Assembly (NCBI GenBank): GCA_963745835.1
Contig: CAVUZH010000024.1
Span: 1 to 64,000, forward strand
From: an uncultured delta proteobacterium
Lineage (GTDB): Bacteria; Desulfobacterota; Binatia; UBA9968
DNA length: 64,000 nucleotides
Direction of reading: 5' to 3'
Below, one piece after another: positions 28,654 to 38,846 of the stretch (positions are counted from its first letter, which is position 1; every line of letters starts with the position of its first letter). The notes below the pieces were generated by a model that saw only the letters and a program-made list of their open reading frames with translations, was not told where the DNA came from and ran no database searches. The translations under genes were made by a program, and so were the position numbers.

Positions 28654-30092
28654 AGTCACTCGATCTAGAGCAAGCCACGATCAGTGAAATCTCAATGCAT
28701 TTAGAGCACAAGAAGATTTCACCCCTTGAGCTCACAAACTTTGTGCTAGCCAAGACGAAGAAGCTAAACCCCCTTCTTAATGCTTATCTCACGATTACGG
28801 AAGAGCTTGCACTTGCGGATGCCAAAGCAGCGGAACGAGAGATCCAAGAAGGCAGGTATCGAGGCCCTCTTCACGGCGTGCCGTTTTCAATCAAAGACAA
28901 CATAGCGACGCAAGGAATTAGGACAACCGCAGGATCGAAAATTCTCTCGGAGTGGGTACCAGATTACAACGCCACAGTTGTAGACAAACTAAGGCAGGCA
29001 GGTGCAGTAATTATTGGCAAGACCAACATGCACGAGTGGGCTAGCGGCGGAACCACGATTAATCCGTACTACGGGACCACGTTAAATCCATGGGATACAA
29101 CGAGAATTCCGGGAGGGTCGAGTGGGGGATCTGCAGCAGCAGTTGCCGCTGGTCTGTGTTTAACCTCAATCGGCACAGACAACGCAGGCTCGGTGAGAAA
29201 TCCCGCATCGTTCTGTGGAACTGTCGGTCTTAAAGCAACCTACGGAAGGGTAAGCCGGTTCGGAGACGTGCCAGGGACCGGCGGGTTCTCTACTGACCAT
29301 TTCGGGGTATTTACCAGGACAGTGAAAGATAGTGCCGTGGTTCTAGCGTCCATAGCTGGAGAGGATCCAAAGGACCCGCTGAGTTCCAAGGAGCCTGTGC
29401 CGGATTACTTAAGCAGCATAGGCAACTCCATCAAAGGCCTCAGGGTGGGTGTTTTGAGAGGCTATGCTGACGATAACGTCTCACGCGATGTCACGAGCGC
29501 GGTCGAAACCAGCATTGAGTTCTTGCAGTCACTGGGTATGCAGAAAACAGAGATCACGATTCCGCATTCTAATTTAATAGCTCCGGTTCAGATGGTTACT
29601 AGCCGTGTCGAGAACGTATCAAACGTGAACGAGTATCTAAGGACACGCTCACAAGATTTCAGTCGATCGTTACTGCTTCGTCATATTGGTTCTCTCATGA
29701 TTTCCGGATCGACCTACGTTGCAGCTCAACGTGTGAGGCGAGTTATTTGCGAGGAATTTTCGCGAGTGTTTGACAAAGTGGACGTGATAGTTACACCGAC
29801 AACGCCTTTAGCCGCGCCGAAGATAGAAGAATGCAAACAGGGCTATGTAGAAGTTGACGGCAGAAAAGTGGCTTATCAAAACCCTGCTGGCAGCTTTGGC
29901 ACAGTTCTTACCATCCCGTTTAATTTGACTGGTCTTCCAGCAATCACCGTCTGTTGTGGTTTTTCGTCTTCAGGATTACCAATAGGCTTGCAGATTGTGG
30001 CCCCGGCTTTTCAAGAAACAACAATATTCCAAGTAGCACACGCCTACGAGCAAGCAGCTGGATGGTGCCGAACACGGCCCGTAGTGAATTAA
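28650..30092 (+). CDS. Amidase signature family enzyme (GatA/AtzE-like)
   Basis: GPLHGVPFSIKDN, GKTNMHE, PGGSSGGSAAAVA, GTDNAGSVRNPAS; Ser-cisSer-Lys triad present. Confidence 0.92.
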   Translation: MKSLDLEQATISEISMHLEHKKISPLELTNFVLAKTKKLNPLLNAYLTITEELALADAKAAEREIQEGRYRGPLHGVPFSIKDNIATQGIRTTAGSKILSEWVPDYNATVVDKLRQAGAVIIGKTNMHEWASGGTTINPYYGTTLNPWDTTRIPGGSSGGSAAAVAAGLCLTSIGTDNAGSVRNPASFCGTVGLKATYGRVSRFGDVPGTGGFSTDHFGVFTRTVKDSAVVLASIAGEDPKDPLSSKEPVPDYLSSIGNSIKGLRVGVLRGYADDNVSRDVTSAVETSIEFLQSLGMQKTEITIPHSNLIAPVQMVTSRVENVSNVNEYLRTRSQDFSRSLLLRHIGSLMISGSTYVAAQRVRRVICEEFSRVFDKVDVIVTPTTPLAAPKIEECKQGYVEVDGRKVAYQNPAGSFGTVLTIPFNLTGLPAITVCCGFSSSGLPIGLQIVAPAFQETTIFQVAHAYEQAAGWCRTRPVVN

Positions 30093-30126
30093 TTACTATC
30101 CAACTAAGATTTTTTGAACGGCGAGT

Positions 30127-30558
30127 TCAACCGAGTGCCGCTATCCCTGAGATCTCAATCATCGCGTCACTTGGTTGGAGAGCATAGACATAAACGGTTG
30201 CACCAGATACCCGAACGCCCGCAAGCATATCATGTTTCACTCTGACGCCGATCCTTTTATAATCATTCATAACCGATGCGACAACATAAGTATCGAGACG
30301 GACGAGGTTCTCAAATGAAGCTCCAACAGCTTCCAAGGCCCCTTTTACATTAAGCATTGTTTGCCGGACCTGCGCTTCGACATCAAAATAGGTGCGATTG
30401 CCAATCCCGCCGTCACTAACCACACCAACCATTTTACCCTTCTCGTCCACCGGCACTTGGCCGGCAACAAAAATGAGTTCTTTGGCCGAAACTTTAGTGA
30501 CGTTTGCATACGAGCCCACCGGCTTATTTATTCTTTCCGGATCAATCCGTTCCAGCAT
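30127..30558 (-). CDS. Rid (YjgF/YER057c/UK114) family protein
   Basis: LIFVAGQVP, EAQVRQTMLN, GASFENLV, MIEISGIA. Confidence 0.85.
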   Translation of the reverse strand: MLERIDPERINKPVGSYANVTKVSAKELIFVAGQVPVDEKGKMVGVVSDGGIGNRTYFDVEAQVRQTMLNVKGALEAVGASFENLVRLDTYVVASVMNDYKRIGVRVKHDMLAGVRVSGATVYVYALQPSDAMIEISGIAALG

Positions 30559-30584
30559 CCTGATATTTCCTCCTTATCATTTTT

Positions 30585-31565
30585 TCAGTTCAGCCCAAGT
30601 AATCTAACAGCATTGCCGCTAAGTATATTTTGCTCATTTTCCAACCCAGCTTTTCTCAACATTTCGAGCGGGTGTTTGTCTCCTGCATCGTAAGGACAGT
30701 CTGTACCGAGCATCAGCCGCTCTGTACCTACTGAGCTGTGTAGGAATGCGAGTAAACGAGCATCATGCGCCAGAGTGTCAAAATAAAACTTGCGAAAGTA
30801 TGTTTCAGGTGGTTCCGGTGTCGTATGGCTTTCAGAGAATGCCATATAACCGTGAGAGAAGCGGCCTAACAAATAAGGAAGGGCACCGCCCCCATGAACT
30901 AAACAGATATTCAATGATGGATAGCGATCTAAAATCCCCCCGAAAATTAATGAGGCTGCCGCTATAGCTGTATCCACCGGGTTTCCAACCAGATTACTAA
31001 GATTGTACCGCCGAAGGCGATCGGGTGCGGCTATCTTGTGAGGATGGATCTGAACGAGCACTCCCAAATCAGCTGCCCTTTGAAAGAATGGCCTAAAGGC
31101 TTCTTCGTCGAGGTTTAGTCCATTCACGTGAGTGCCAATTTCAATCATTCGGATGCGCAAGTTCTTGACTGCATAATCAAGTTCCTCCACGGCCGCACTG
31201 CCAGATTGCATTGGGAGGGTGGCAACAGGGATAAATATGCCATTGTATTTTTTCGCGATCTCTACGTTCGTCTCGTTGAAAAGCCTGGAGAGTGCCTGTC
31301 CGTGACGCGCGTCAAGCTCATAGCCCACCGTGTTCATCACTGGAGATAGAACTTGGCGATCAACCCCCAACTCAGTCAACGCCCCAAGGCGCAACGACAG
31401 ATCAGCCAGCTCGGGTGTCAACTCTTTCGGTTTACCCTCTCCGAGACGTAGCCATAGTTTGCCTGATTCGTCCTGGTCGACTCGACATCCGTATATTGAG
31501 CCATTGCGTTGCAACTCAATGATCCATTCAGGAGGAGTGAAGTGCGCATGTATGTCAACGATCAT
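30585..31565 (-). CDS. Amidohydrolase 2 family (ACMSD-like) decarboxylase/hydrolase
   Basis: VDIHAHF, QIHPH, LVGNP, VHGGG, YFDT, LGTDCPY, ILSGNA. Confidence 0.9.
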   Translation of the reverse strand: MIVDIHAHFTPPEWIIELQRNGSIYGCRVDQDESGKLWLRLGEGKPKELTPELADLSLRLGALTELGVDRQVLSPVMNTVGYELDARHGQALSRLFNETNVEIAKKYNGIFIPVATLPMQSGSAAVEELDYAVKNLRIRMIEIGTHVNGLNLDEEAFRPFFQRAADLGVLVQIHPHKIAAPDRLRRYNLSNLVGNPVDTAIAAASLIFGGILDRYPSLNICLVHGGGALPYLLGRFSHGYMAFSESHTTPEPPETYFRKFYFDTLAHDARLLAFLHSSVGTERLMLGTDCPYDAGDKHPLEMLRKAGLENEQNILSGNAVRLLGLN

Positions 31566-31596
31566 TGATCCACCTTAGAGTGCATGAGCTTGTTAT

Positions 31597-32598
31597 TTAT
31601 TTCCACAGTTGTTGGATAAAGCCTTCCTTCTCTAACTCGTGCATAAAGCGTGGTTCCACAAATTGTTGCGGCGCGGCCACTCGTGCCTTTGGATCTTTTT
31701 CGCCCAACTGTCTCAAAACCGTTCTCACTGCGTCTAACGATGGGTTCGGAACTTTTGGGATAAATTGCTGGATATACATATCGTAAACCGCGTTTACAAA
31801 CGCTAAATCTTGGTTCTTCAAATACTTAGTGAGAACACTAACGCTAAATTCGCGACGATTCTTGGCGAAATGAATTCCTTCGACGTAACCACGCACCAGC
31901 CGTCGAACTACATCTTCATTTTTCCGGATATATGCACGGCTGGTGTTGAGGGTTCCAGTAGGAAATGGCAAACCTAGCGAGGCAACATCCACCAACTGCG
32001 TGTACCCCTCTCGTTTTGCCAGTACTGCGAACTCAGCATTCAACATAGCTGCTTGAACGGTTCCGCCTACAAGACCCGCCATCATTTCTGGTTGACCGCC
32101 GAGCTGTAGTATCCCGATATCTGCCTCGGGTTTAATGCCCCATTTATTTGCGACAAACCGCAAAGCAAAGTCTGTGGTGGAACCGAAACGGGTGATGCCG
32201 ATCTTTTTCCCCCTGAGATCCTCGACGCGCTTTACGTCTGGATGGGCCACCAGAATGAAAGGCAGCACGTCTGTTCCAGCCGCGATTATAGCTAAATCTG
32301 CACCGGCCAAATTGGCACTGACTACAGTCGCGCCACTAAATACACCCATAGCAACGTCGCCCGACACAAGCACTTGTGATGCCCGGGAGCCTCCCCCGAC
32401 ATAGAGTAGCTCAACGTCAGCGCCGTTTTTGCGGAAAATACCTGCTTCATACGGGATCCATAATGTGCTTTGTGATGCTCCAATGGCGCTATAAACAACA
32501 CGGATCTTTTCTGGCACTGACCGTAACTGCGCGTTGGATGGACTGATAAGAATTGCCACTAAAAACAAAGCGAAGGCAAATTTAATCTGTTGTTTCAC
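31597..32598 (-). CDS. ABC substrate-binding protein (NMT1/THI5/SsuA-like)
   Basis: Signal peptide, EAGIFRKNG, DLRGKKIGITRFGS.TD, VRRLVRGYVEGI. Confidence 0.88.
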   Translation of the reverse strand: MKQQIKFAFALFLVAILISPSNAQLRSVPEKIRVVYSAIGASQSTLWIPYEAGIFRKNGADVELLYVGGGSRASQVLVSGDVAMGVFSGATVVSANLAGADLAIIAAGTDVLPFILVAHPDVKRVEDLRGKKIGITRFGSTTDFALRFVANKWGIKPEADIGILQLGGQPEMMAGLVGGTVQAAMLNAEFAVLAKREGYTQLVDVASLGLPFPTGTLNTSRAYIRKNEDVVRRLVRGYVEGIHFAKNRREFSVSVLTKYLKNQDLAFVNAVYDMYIQQFIPKVPNPSLDAVRTVLRQLGEKDPKARVAAPQQFVEPRFMHELEKEGFIQQLWK

Positions 32599-32782
32599 CG
32601 GAAGGTCTCCGATTCAAGTATTTCTGAGGAATCGCTTAGTTCATAGAGTGGATACTAGCCATCGGCTTTTCTTCTTATTTTCTGTCAAAAATTGGCGCAG
32701 TGCAAAATGAACAGCAAGAAGTTCTAGTCGATACGAAGCAATATGAGAATCTGAGCCGAGCTTCTTTTCAATTATCTCCTTC

Positions 32783-33748
32783 TTATTGCTTTATGAATCG
32801 TTCCTGGATCAATTCCTGCAGTACGGAATTATCATAAAGATCGCCACTCGGCTTTTCGGTAGTCTTGCCTACCGGAAGCGCAGCTGTGATGGCTGCGGCA
32901 TCAACGAGGGGCACAGTAGATGTATGTTTTACGAAATAGTCATGCGTTTTGGATACGAGCTCCTGATCCGACAGACGTGAGTACTTCTGCATCACATCAG
33001 TTGCTGCCTTTTTGTTTTGCTTATATAGAGATAAACCCTCAGCAAAGCCCATCAGAATCTTTTTTATCAACGGCCTGTCGCGGTTAAGCTGAGACCGACG
33101 GACTGTAATTACAGATGCCGGATATTTCAGGCCGAGTTCTCCCAGATCGACGTACATCTTGAGACCCATCGAAGTGGCTCTATACAGACCTGGTGGCGCA
33201 ATGACGGTCGCAGCTGCGGTACCGGAATACACGGCAGCGATTCTGCCTGCCTCTGAACCTGTCCGGATAAATGGGCTTTCTTTCGGATTCACCTTGAGTC
33301 TTTCGAGCGTCATCAAAAGAGCCGCTTCAACGGCTCCGCCCAAATTTCCCACGGCCATGGGCTTACCCTTAAGATCTTCGGGACTACGAACGTCTTTGCT
33401 CACCACCATCGCATAGGGCATGAGGTTATAAGATGACGCCACAAGAATTAAGTCGGCTCCCTTGAGTGCTGCATTGAGTGGTGCGGACCCTGTGGAATTG
33501 ACAACATCGATATCGCCAGCAACTAACGCTTGGATGGTAGGGCTTGAATTCGCGATCAGTACAAGTTCGCTGTTAATCCCATGTTTCTTAAACAGACCTG
33601 CCTCATGAGCAAGAAAGAACGGCACGTTAAAACCTGCTGTGCCCGGATAAGCCATTCTAATGGTTTGCGCAGATACGGATCCGGTAAACCAAGTTAGTAG
33701 TAGCGTGAGGATTATGGATGTCTTTAGTCGCATGCCAACCTCGAACAA
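32783..33748 (-). CDS. ABC substrate-binding protein (NMT1/THI5/SsuA-like)
   Basis: Signal peptide (probable ATG 33733), AHEAGLFKKHG, ALVAGDID, DLKGK, YDNS. Confidence 0.88.
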   Translation of the reverse strand: MFEVGMRLKTSIILTLLLTWFTGSVSAQTIRMAYPGTAGFNVPFFLAHEAGLFKKHGINSELVLIANSSPTIQALVAGDIDVVNSTGSAPLNAALKGADLILVASSYNLMPYAMVVSKDVRSPEDLKGKPMAVGNLGGAVEAALLMTLERLKVNPKESPFIRTGSEAGRIAAVYSGTAAATVIAPPGLYRATSMGLKMYVDLGELGLKYPASVITVRRSQLNRDRPLIKKILMGFAEGLSLYKQNKKAATDVMQKYSRLSDQELVSKTHDYFVKHTSTVPLVDAAAITAALPVGKTTEKPSGDLYDNSVLQELIQERFIKQ

Positions 33749-33847
33749 CAGTGGAGTTGAAATAAGAAGCTGATCAGTACTAAATGAATACCCGCTGTGT
33801 CAAACCAAAGTATGATGCGAATAGACCTCACCGGAAACAATCAGAGT

Positions 33848-33877
33848 TTGACAAAAGCTAAGGACGATCTGTATACA
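33848..33877 (+). promoter_or_regulatory. Candidate sigma70 promoter for the 33928 gene
   Basis: TTGACA-N18-TATACA about 50 nt upstream of the start; imperfect -10. Confidence 0.35.
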
Positions 33878-33927
33878 GCAACCTTTACGATTGCCGTCGG
33901 GGACCTACAAATCAACACAGAGGAGAA

Positions 33928-35598
33928 TTGATGGCTTCACGGGCACAAAGCAAGAATGAGAAATCATCAGGAGATATCGTCATTATCCGGGGAGGTCGAC
34001 TCATTGATGGAACCGGCAAACCGCCGATCGAAGATGCGGTCATTGTAATCGAGGGAAATAGAATAACATCCGTGGGTAGCAGGCAGGACGGGATTTCTGC
34101 GAAAAACGCTCGGGTCCTCAACGTCAGGGGCAATACTATTCTTCCAGGTTTTATGGACGGACACGGACACTATGAGGATTTCGCCGGTGAGCTTTATCTA
34201 CATCTTGGAGTTACAAGCTGTCCAGATATCGAAATCTTTCGTGATGACTACTGGTCGATGGCGCAAAGAGACGGAATAAGGATGGGAAAGATTCGCGGTC
34301 CGAGATTGTGGTCCGCAGGACGCGGGTTGGGATCCCGACCTCCTGAATACGCCCCTCCCGGAGGTCGTGCATTTAGAGGTAATGTTCCCTTTAGCACGCC
34401 CGAAGAAGGCAGAGAAATCGTTAGAAGAAAAAAAGAAATCGGTCTTGATATGATCAAGATCAACGAGTTCCTTACTCCCGAGCTCGTCAAAGCTGTAGTA
34501 GACGAAGCAAATCGGCTTGAGATGCCGGTGATCGCACACACATTTGATGTGATGGTAGCGGCGGATGCTGGAGTTGCGGCAGCGGAACACCATTGGTCAG
34601 TCGGTTTGACTTCGATTGCGGACTTTGAGCGGCGGAAAAAGCTCACGATGGATCGGCTAACTGGTCGTGTTGGTCAAGAAGAATTTCCTTTCTTTTACGA
34701 GAGCGGAAACTTTGACCGAATCATCGCCAAGATGGTGGAAAAAGGACTCTCGTGGTCTCCTACAATTGCAACCGTCTTCAGACCATTATCTCCGAGTGCA
34801 GATTTATTTAGACAACGAGAGCTATCGATTGTTAATAATCGCAATGCCAGCTATCTACCGCCGGTCGTACGGGCTTTCGCTATGGGACAATATGAAAAAT
34901 ACGCAAAGTTTCCGCCAGATGAGCTGAAAAGGATTAAAGTAGGTTATAAGAAGATCGAAGATTTTATGCGCCGGTTTGTTAAGGCCGGCGGCTTAATCAG
35001 GGCTGGATCTGATCCTAGTTGGGGCATGCCTGCTATTGGCATCCATGAAGAAATGAAAATGTTCGTGGAAGCCGGGCTTAGTCCCATGCAGGCCATTCAG
35101 TCTGCAACCATCAATGTCGCCAAAACGTTTAGGAAAGATAAGGATCTCGGCACGGTCGAACCTGGCAAGATCGCTGACATGGTTGTCATTGCAGGAGATC
35201 CTCTAAAGGACATTTGGGCGACACAGAATGTGAAGACGGTCATCATGAACGGCAAACTTGCTGATACCAAATTTCATTCAGATTATAAAAATCCGATCCC
35301 CAGTCCGGACCCTTGGAAGGTAATTCCGCGGAATATCGAAGTGTCTCCACCTTCCATTCCTCAAGGATCTGGTCCTACGGTTGTAAAAATCACGTCCGAG
35401 AGGTTACAGCCCTACCACCGTGTGATTCTGAACGGCAAGGAGCTAAAAACTAAATTTATCAGTAAGAACGAGATTACGGCGACGATCCCGCCTGATGCAA
35501 TCAAAAGAGCAGGAGTTTACAAAATTACGGTAGTTAGTCCAGGAGAATTTGGCGGACAATCACATCCCGCACATCTAATCGTTCCTTTTAAGATGTAA
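33928..35598 (+). CDS. Amidohydrolase (HutI/QafA-like) with a C-terminal IPT/TIG-like domain
   Basis: GGRLIDGTG, PGFMDGHGH, IK, IAH, EH, AGSD, GTVEPGKIAD; extra ~95 aa VSPPSIPQGS..L.TKFISKNEITATIP..AGVYKITV; RBS AGGAG. Confidence 0.85.
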   Translation: MMASRAQSKNEKSSGDIVIIRGGRLIDGTGKPPIEDAVIVIEGNRITSVGSRQDGISAKNARVLNVRGNTILPGFMDGHGHYEDFAGELYLHLGVTSCPDIEIFRDDYWSMAQRDGIRMGKIRGPRLWSAGRGLGSRPPEYAPPGGRAFRGNVPFSTPEEGREIVRRKKEIGLDMIKINEFLTPELVKAVVDEANRLEMPVIAHTFDVMVAADAGVAAAEHHWSVGLTSIADFERRKKLTMDRLTGRVGQEEFPFFYESGNFDRIIAKMVEKGLSWSPTIATVFRPLSPSADLFRQRELSIVNNRNASYLPPVVRAFAMGQYEKYAKFPPDELKRIKVGYKKIEDFMRRFVKAGGLIRAGSDPSWGMPAIGIHEEMKMFVEAGLSPMQAIQSATINVAKTFRKDKDLGTVEPGKIADMVVIAGDPLKDIWATQNVKTVIMNGKLADTKFHSDYKNPIPSPDPWKVIPRNIEVSPPSIPQGSGPTVVKITSERLQPYHRVILNGKELKTKFISKNEITATIPPDAIKRAGVYKITVVSPGEFGGQSHPAHLIVPFKM

Positions 35599-36176
35599 GA
35601 ACGCATCGGTTTGCCAACGGTCGAAATCCATAACGCTATAACTTCTGCTCGACAGCTACACTATGCCAGCTCAGTAGTTGCTTAACTGTGAGTTTAGCGC
35701 GCGTTTGCTTATGAGGAGCGACGTCTCCGTTGATTATTTATACTCGTCTCCGTCTTTGTGAGTTGCTATCGCCCACCGGGACAGAGGCTTCAGGAAACGC
35801 ACGCCTACATTCAAGTAATGCAGGGCGCGCCTTAAAAGCGCGGCGGCTTGTGAGTAAGAAGAATTTTTGAGTTGGTAAGGAGCTAAAGATCGACCGTGGC
35901 AAGGTTAGTATGATCTAGCGGCTGCCGCTTCAATACTGGCCGGGCGGGAGCAAAGAACTGGTTCTTTACAGTATTCAATTTAGGGCGGGGCAACCATATT
36001 GCCGGTATAAATACCTGACAAGCCGGTGATTTACACTTCAAAAACTTGAGATGCTCCCCAAGTTGCTAATTTCGTGCTCGCGTACTTCAATCATCCGCTG
36101 TATTTCTATGAATCGTTAACAGAACGGCAGTGTGAAATACGGGCCGCAGACATTCGGTAGGCGAACCCGACCTTAC

Positions 36177-37280
36177 CTAACGACTCAATGCCGATGTAGA
36201 GACGATTTGTGTGACCTTATCTGAAAAGGCTTCAAAGGCATTGAGTTGCTGCAGATTAATCGGTTCAAGTACTTTCGCATTGGGTGCCTGTTCCTTCAAA
36301 AGCTGGCCTAGCTTCGAGTTCTTCGATGTTGTCCGAGAACTAAATTCCATTTCCTCGAAGATTCTCATCCCGTCTGTCACGAACCATGCTAAGAACAATC
36401 GTCCTAAGTTGGGATGGGGTGAGGTTTTGGTCAAGGCGTACCCTAATGCTACTACCGGGACATAGTCGCCGTAAGTCTTCCACTGGACCGGGGCATGTCT
36501 CGTTTTGAGACGCTCCGTTTCATGAATGCTACCCAATCCGATGGCGGCTTCTCCGGCGGCTACAGCATTGATTACAGGAGGGACATTATTCTTAAAGATT
36601 GGCTTGTTTGCGAGCAGCTTCTGCAGTACGTCAAGTGTTTTTTGCTCGCCCCACACCAAGGAGAATAGATCGAACGGTGAAGCAACCCCACCACCTCCGC
36701 TCATAGCAAACCTGCGAGCCCACTTTGGGTCCGCAAGACCATCAAAATTGTTTGGTACCTCCGAAGACTTTACCAAATTCGTGTTGTATACGAGGCTCCG
36801 AGTACCGTCATATGCGGCAATCCACTTACCTCTCATTTCCATCGGAACCCGGTCGACCGCTGGCTCCTTGATGTCTGGGAATTCGGTTCCGAACACGCTC
36901 AACCAATCGAATCCCTCCAATAAACCGGTATGATCCAAATCCAGTGCGGCTCGGACGCTCGCCATGAATACGGAAGGCCCTTTTTTGTTCGCGTTGACCT
37001 CCGATATGATGCGCGCGACAGCGGGTGTTGGAAAAAGCGACAACCAATCGTATCTAAATTCCAACTGAAACCTTTTTTTGAACGCGTCGAAGAGTGCCTG
37101 CCGGGTTTTCTCCTCACGGGGGTTGGAAGCGTACACTAGAAACACATCACCTCTGGCGGCTTCCTTCCTAGCTGCTTGCAATAGGTCTTGAAACTTTCCA
37201 GTCTGCGCGTTGGCGACACCAAGAAATTGCCACCAACAAATCAACGTGGCGATCATAGTCATTCGCAAGACCTTCATCAT
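36177..37280 (-). CDS. ABC substrate-binding protein (AfuA-like), paralog 1 of 3 in this operon
   Basis: Signal peptide, SNPREEKTRQ, YDGTRS, YNTNLV, LADPKW, GSIHE, SPHPNL. Confidence 0.85.
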   Translation of the reverse strand: MMKVLRMTMIATLICWWQFLGVANAQTGKFQDLLQAARKEAARGDVFLVYASNPREEKTRQALFDAFKKRFQLEFRYDWLSLFPTPAVARIISEVNANKKGPSVFMASVRAALDLDHTGLLEGFDWLSVFGTEFPDIKEPAVDRVPMEMRGKWIAAYDGTRSLVYNTNLVKSSEVPNNFDGLADPKWARRFAMSGGGGVASPFDLFSLVWGEQKTLDVLQKLLANKPIFKNNVPPVINAVAAGEAAIGLGSIHETERLKTRHAPVQWKTYGDYVPVVALGYALTKTSPHPNLGRLFLAWFVTDGMRIFEEMEFSSRTTSKNSKLGQLLKEQAPNAKVLEPINLQQLNAFEAFSDKVTQIVSTSALSR

Positions 37281-37311
37281 GTCGCTCCTTCCATCCCAGT
37301 ACGTGCGGACT

Positions 37312-38688
37312 TCAAATAATCGGCCACCGTTGCGGGTAAGAAACTTTCATTCTTGCGAGCAGAGCCTCCCCTATTTCCTCCACTTTCTGTATAAGCCGCC
37401 ACTCGTCGACAAATTTCTGCTTGTAATCCTCCACTACGACTCGACCGTCTATGATAACCGTATGGATGCTCCGCCCATCTGCGCTATAAACGAGATTATT
37501 TACCGGGTCAAACAATGCGCGCCACTCCGGTCGTTTTGTGTCAAACAGCACTAGGTCAGCTTTTTTTCCGGCCTCAAGCGATCCGAGTTCATCACCCAAT
37601 CCGCAGGCCTGCGCTCCCATTAAAGTCCCCATTTCGATCGCCTGCTCTGCCGGAATCATCTTAGTGTCCTGCCTGGCATCTTTGTAAATGCACGCTGCAA
37701 GATTCATAGACCGCACAATATCGAGGTGATTCGAACTATTGACTGAGTCGCTACCCAGCATCACCTTAATCCCCTTCGCCAACATTTCAGGCATCTTCCC
37801 ATTTTCCTTGATGCCTCCGGCTTGTTTTATGACATTACTGGGGCACATCACTACGTTCGTACGAGTGCGGGCAAGGGACTCGATTTCCGCGTCATTAAGT
37901 CCCATGACATGGGCTAGAAGGACATTCGGGCCCAAGACGCCGATCGATTCCAAAAATTCCGTAGGGTGCTTACCGTATTGCTGTAAGCAGGCTTCTCGTA
38001 TCTTGGGTCGAATAGTGTGGTGAAGCGTCATGCCAGTGTCATATTGATCCACTAGCCTCTTAGCGGCCTTGAGCAAATCAGGGGTACAGTTGAACGCCGA
38101 GAAAGGCATCGCCCAGGCACGCACTCTGTCATTGAGCCGATGGTCATACGTTTTGATGATATGCTCGATACGCCGGATCGCCTCTTCAGTCGAATACAGG
38201 GGTAATTTTCTTTGTTCGGTAATATCGGTTAGTCCTTCGCCTAGAATGATCCGACATCCGGAATCTTCATATGCCTGCATGCAAGCGTCTGGATATTTGG
38301 TCGAGCCCGGATCTACGAAACAGGTGTTACCGTTTTTGAGCAATTCTACAATCGCAAGCAATGACGTATGATATTCCTCTTCTTCGGTCATGGCATCCTG
38401 AAGCTGAAAGACAGTGACGAGTCGGTCGGCCACATCGTCTGGAAAGATTCCGCGCACAGCATGAGCATAGCTTATGTGCATGTGGCCATTATAAAATCCA
38501 GGCGTCACGACCATTTCTTGAGCATCGATCACTCGATCTGCCGATATTGCGGCCAGATCCCTAGCTTTTCCAATCTGAGAAATTCGCTGGCCCTCGATCA
38601 TGATCGATCCATCACGAATAATTCGGCGTTGGGGATCGAGGGTCAAAATATATCGAGCGTTCTCGATTTTAACTGTGGTAATGGGCAT
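37312..38688 (-). CDS. Amidohydrolase (MtaD/AtzB/SsnA deaminase-like)
   Basis: PGFYNGHMH, LLKNG.T, LLAH, CPSN, LGSDS, GSLEAGKKAD. Confidence 0.9.
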   Translation of the reverse strand: MPITTVKIENARYILTLDPQRRIIRDGSIMIEGQRISQIGKARDLAAISADRVIDAQEMVVTPGFYNGHMHISYAHAVRGIFPDDVADRLVTVFQLQDAMTEEEEYHTSLLAIVELLKNGNTCFVDPGSTKYPDACMQAYEDSGCRIILGEGLTDITEQRKLPLYSTEEAIRRIEHIIKTYDHRLNDRVRAWAMPFSAFNCTPDLLKAAKRLVDQYDTGMTLHHTIRPKIREACLQQYGKHPTEFLESIGVLGPNVLLAHVMGLNDAEIESLARTRTNVVMCPSNVIKQAGGIKENGKMPEMLAKGIKVMLGSDSVNSSNHLDIVRSMNLAACIYKDARQDTKMIPAEQAIEMGTLMGAQACGLGDELGSLEAGKKADLVLFDTKRPEWRALFDPVNNLVYSADGRSIHTVIIDGRVVVEDYKQKFVDEWRLIQKVEEIGEALLARMKVSYPQRWPII

Positions 38689-38846
38689 GATGTCCTCCGA
38701 AATGGATGTTGAAAGTCACACACCGCTTGCGACGGTTCCGGGTTTCTGCATTAGTAGAATCATCCAGTAGGGCCCCTGGTCCCTTTAGAAACGCGAGGCG
38801 TCTTGCATGACGGTGCGGGCTGTGTGAGAAAGCGGGCGCAGTTATG

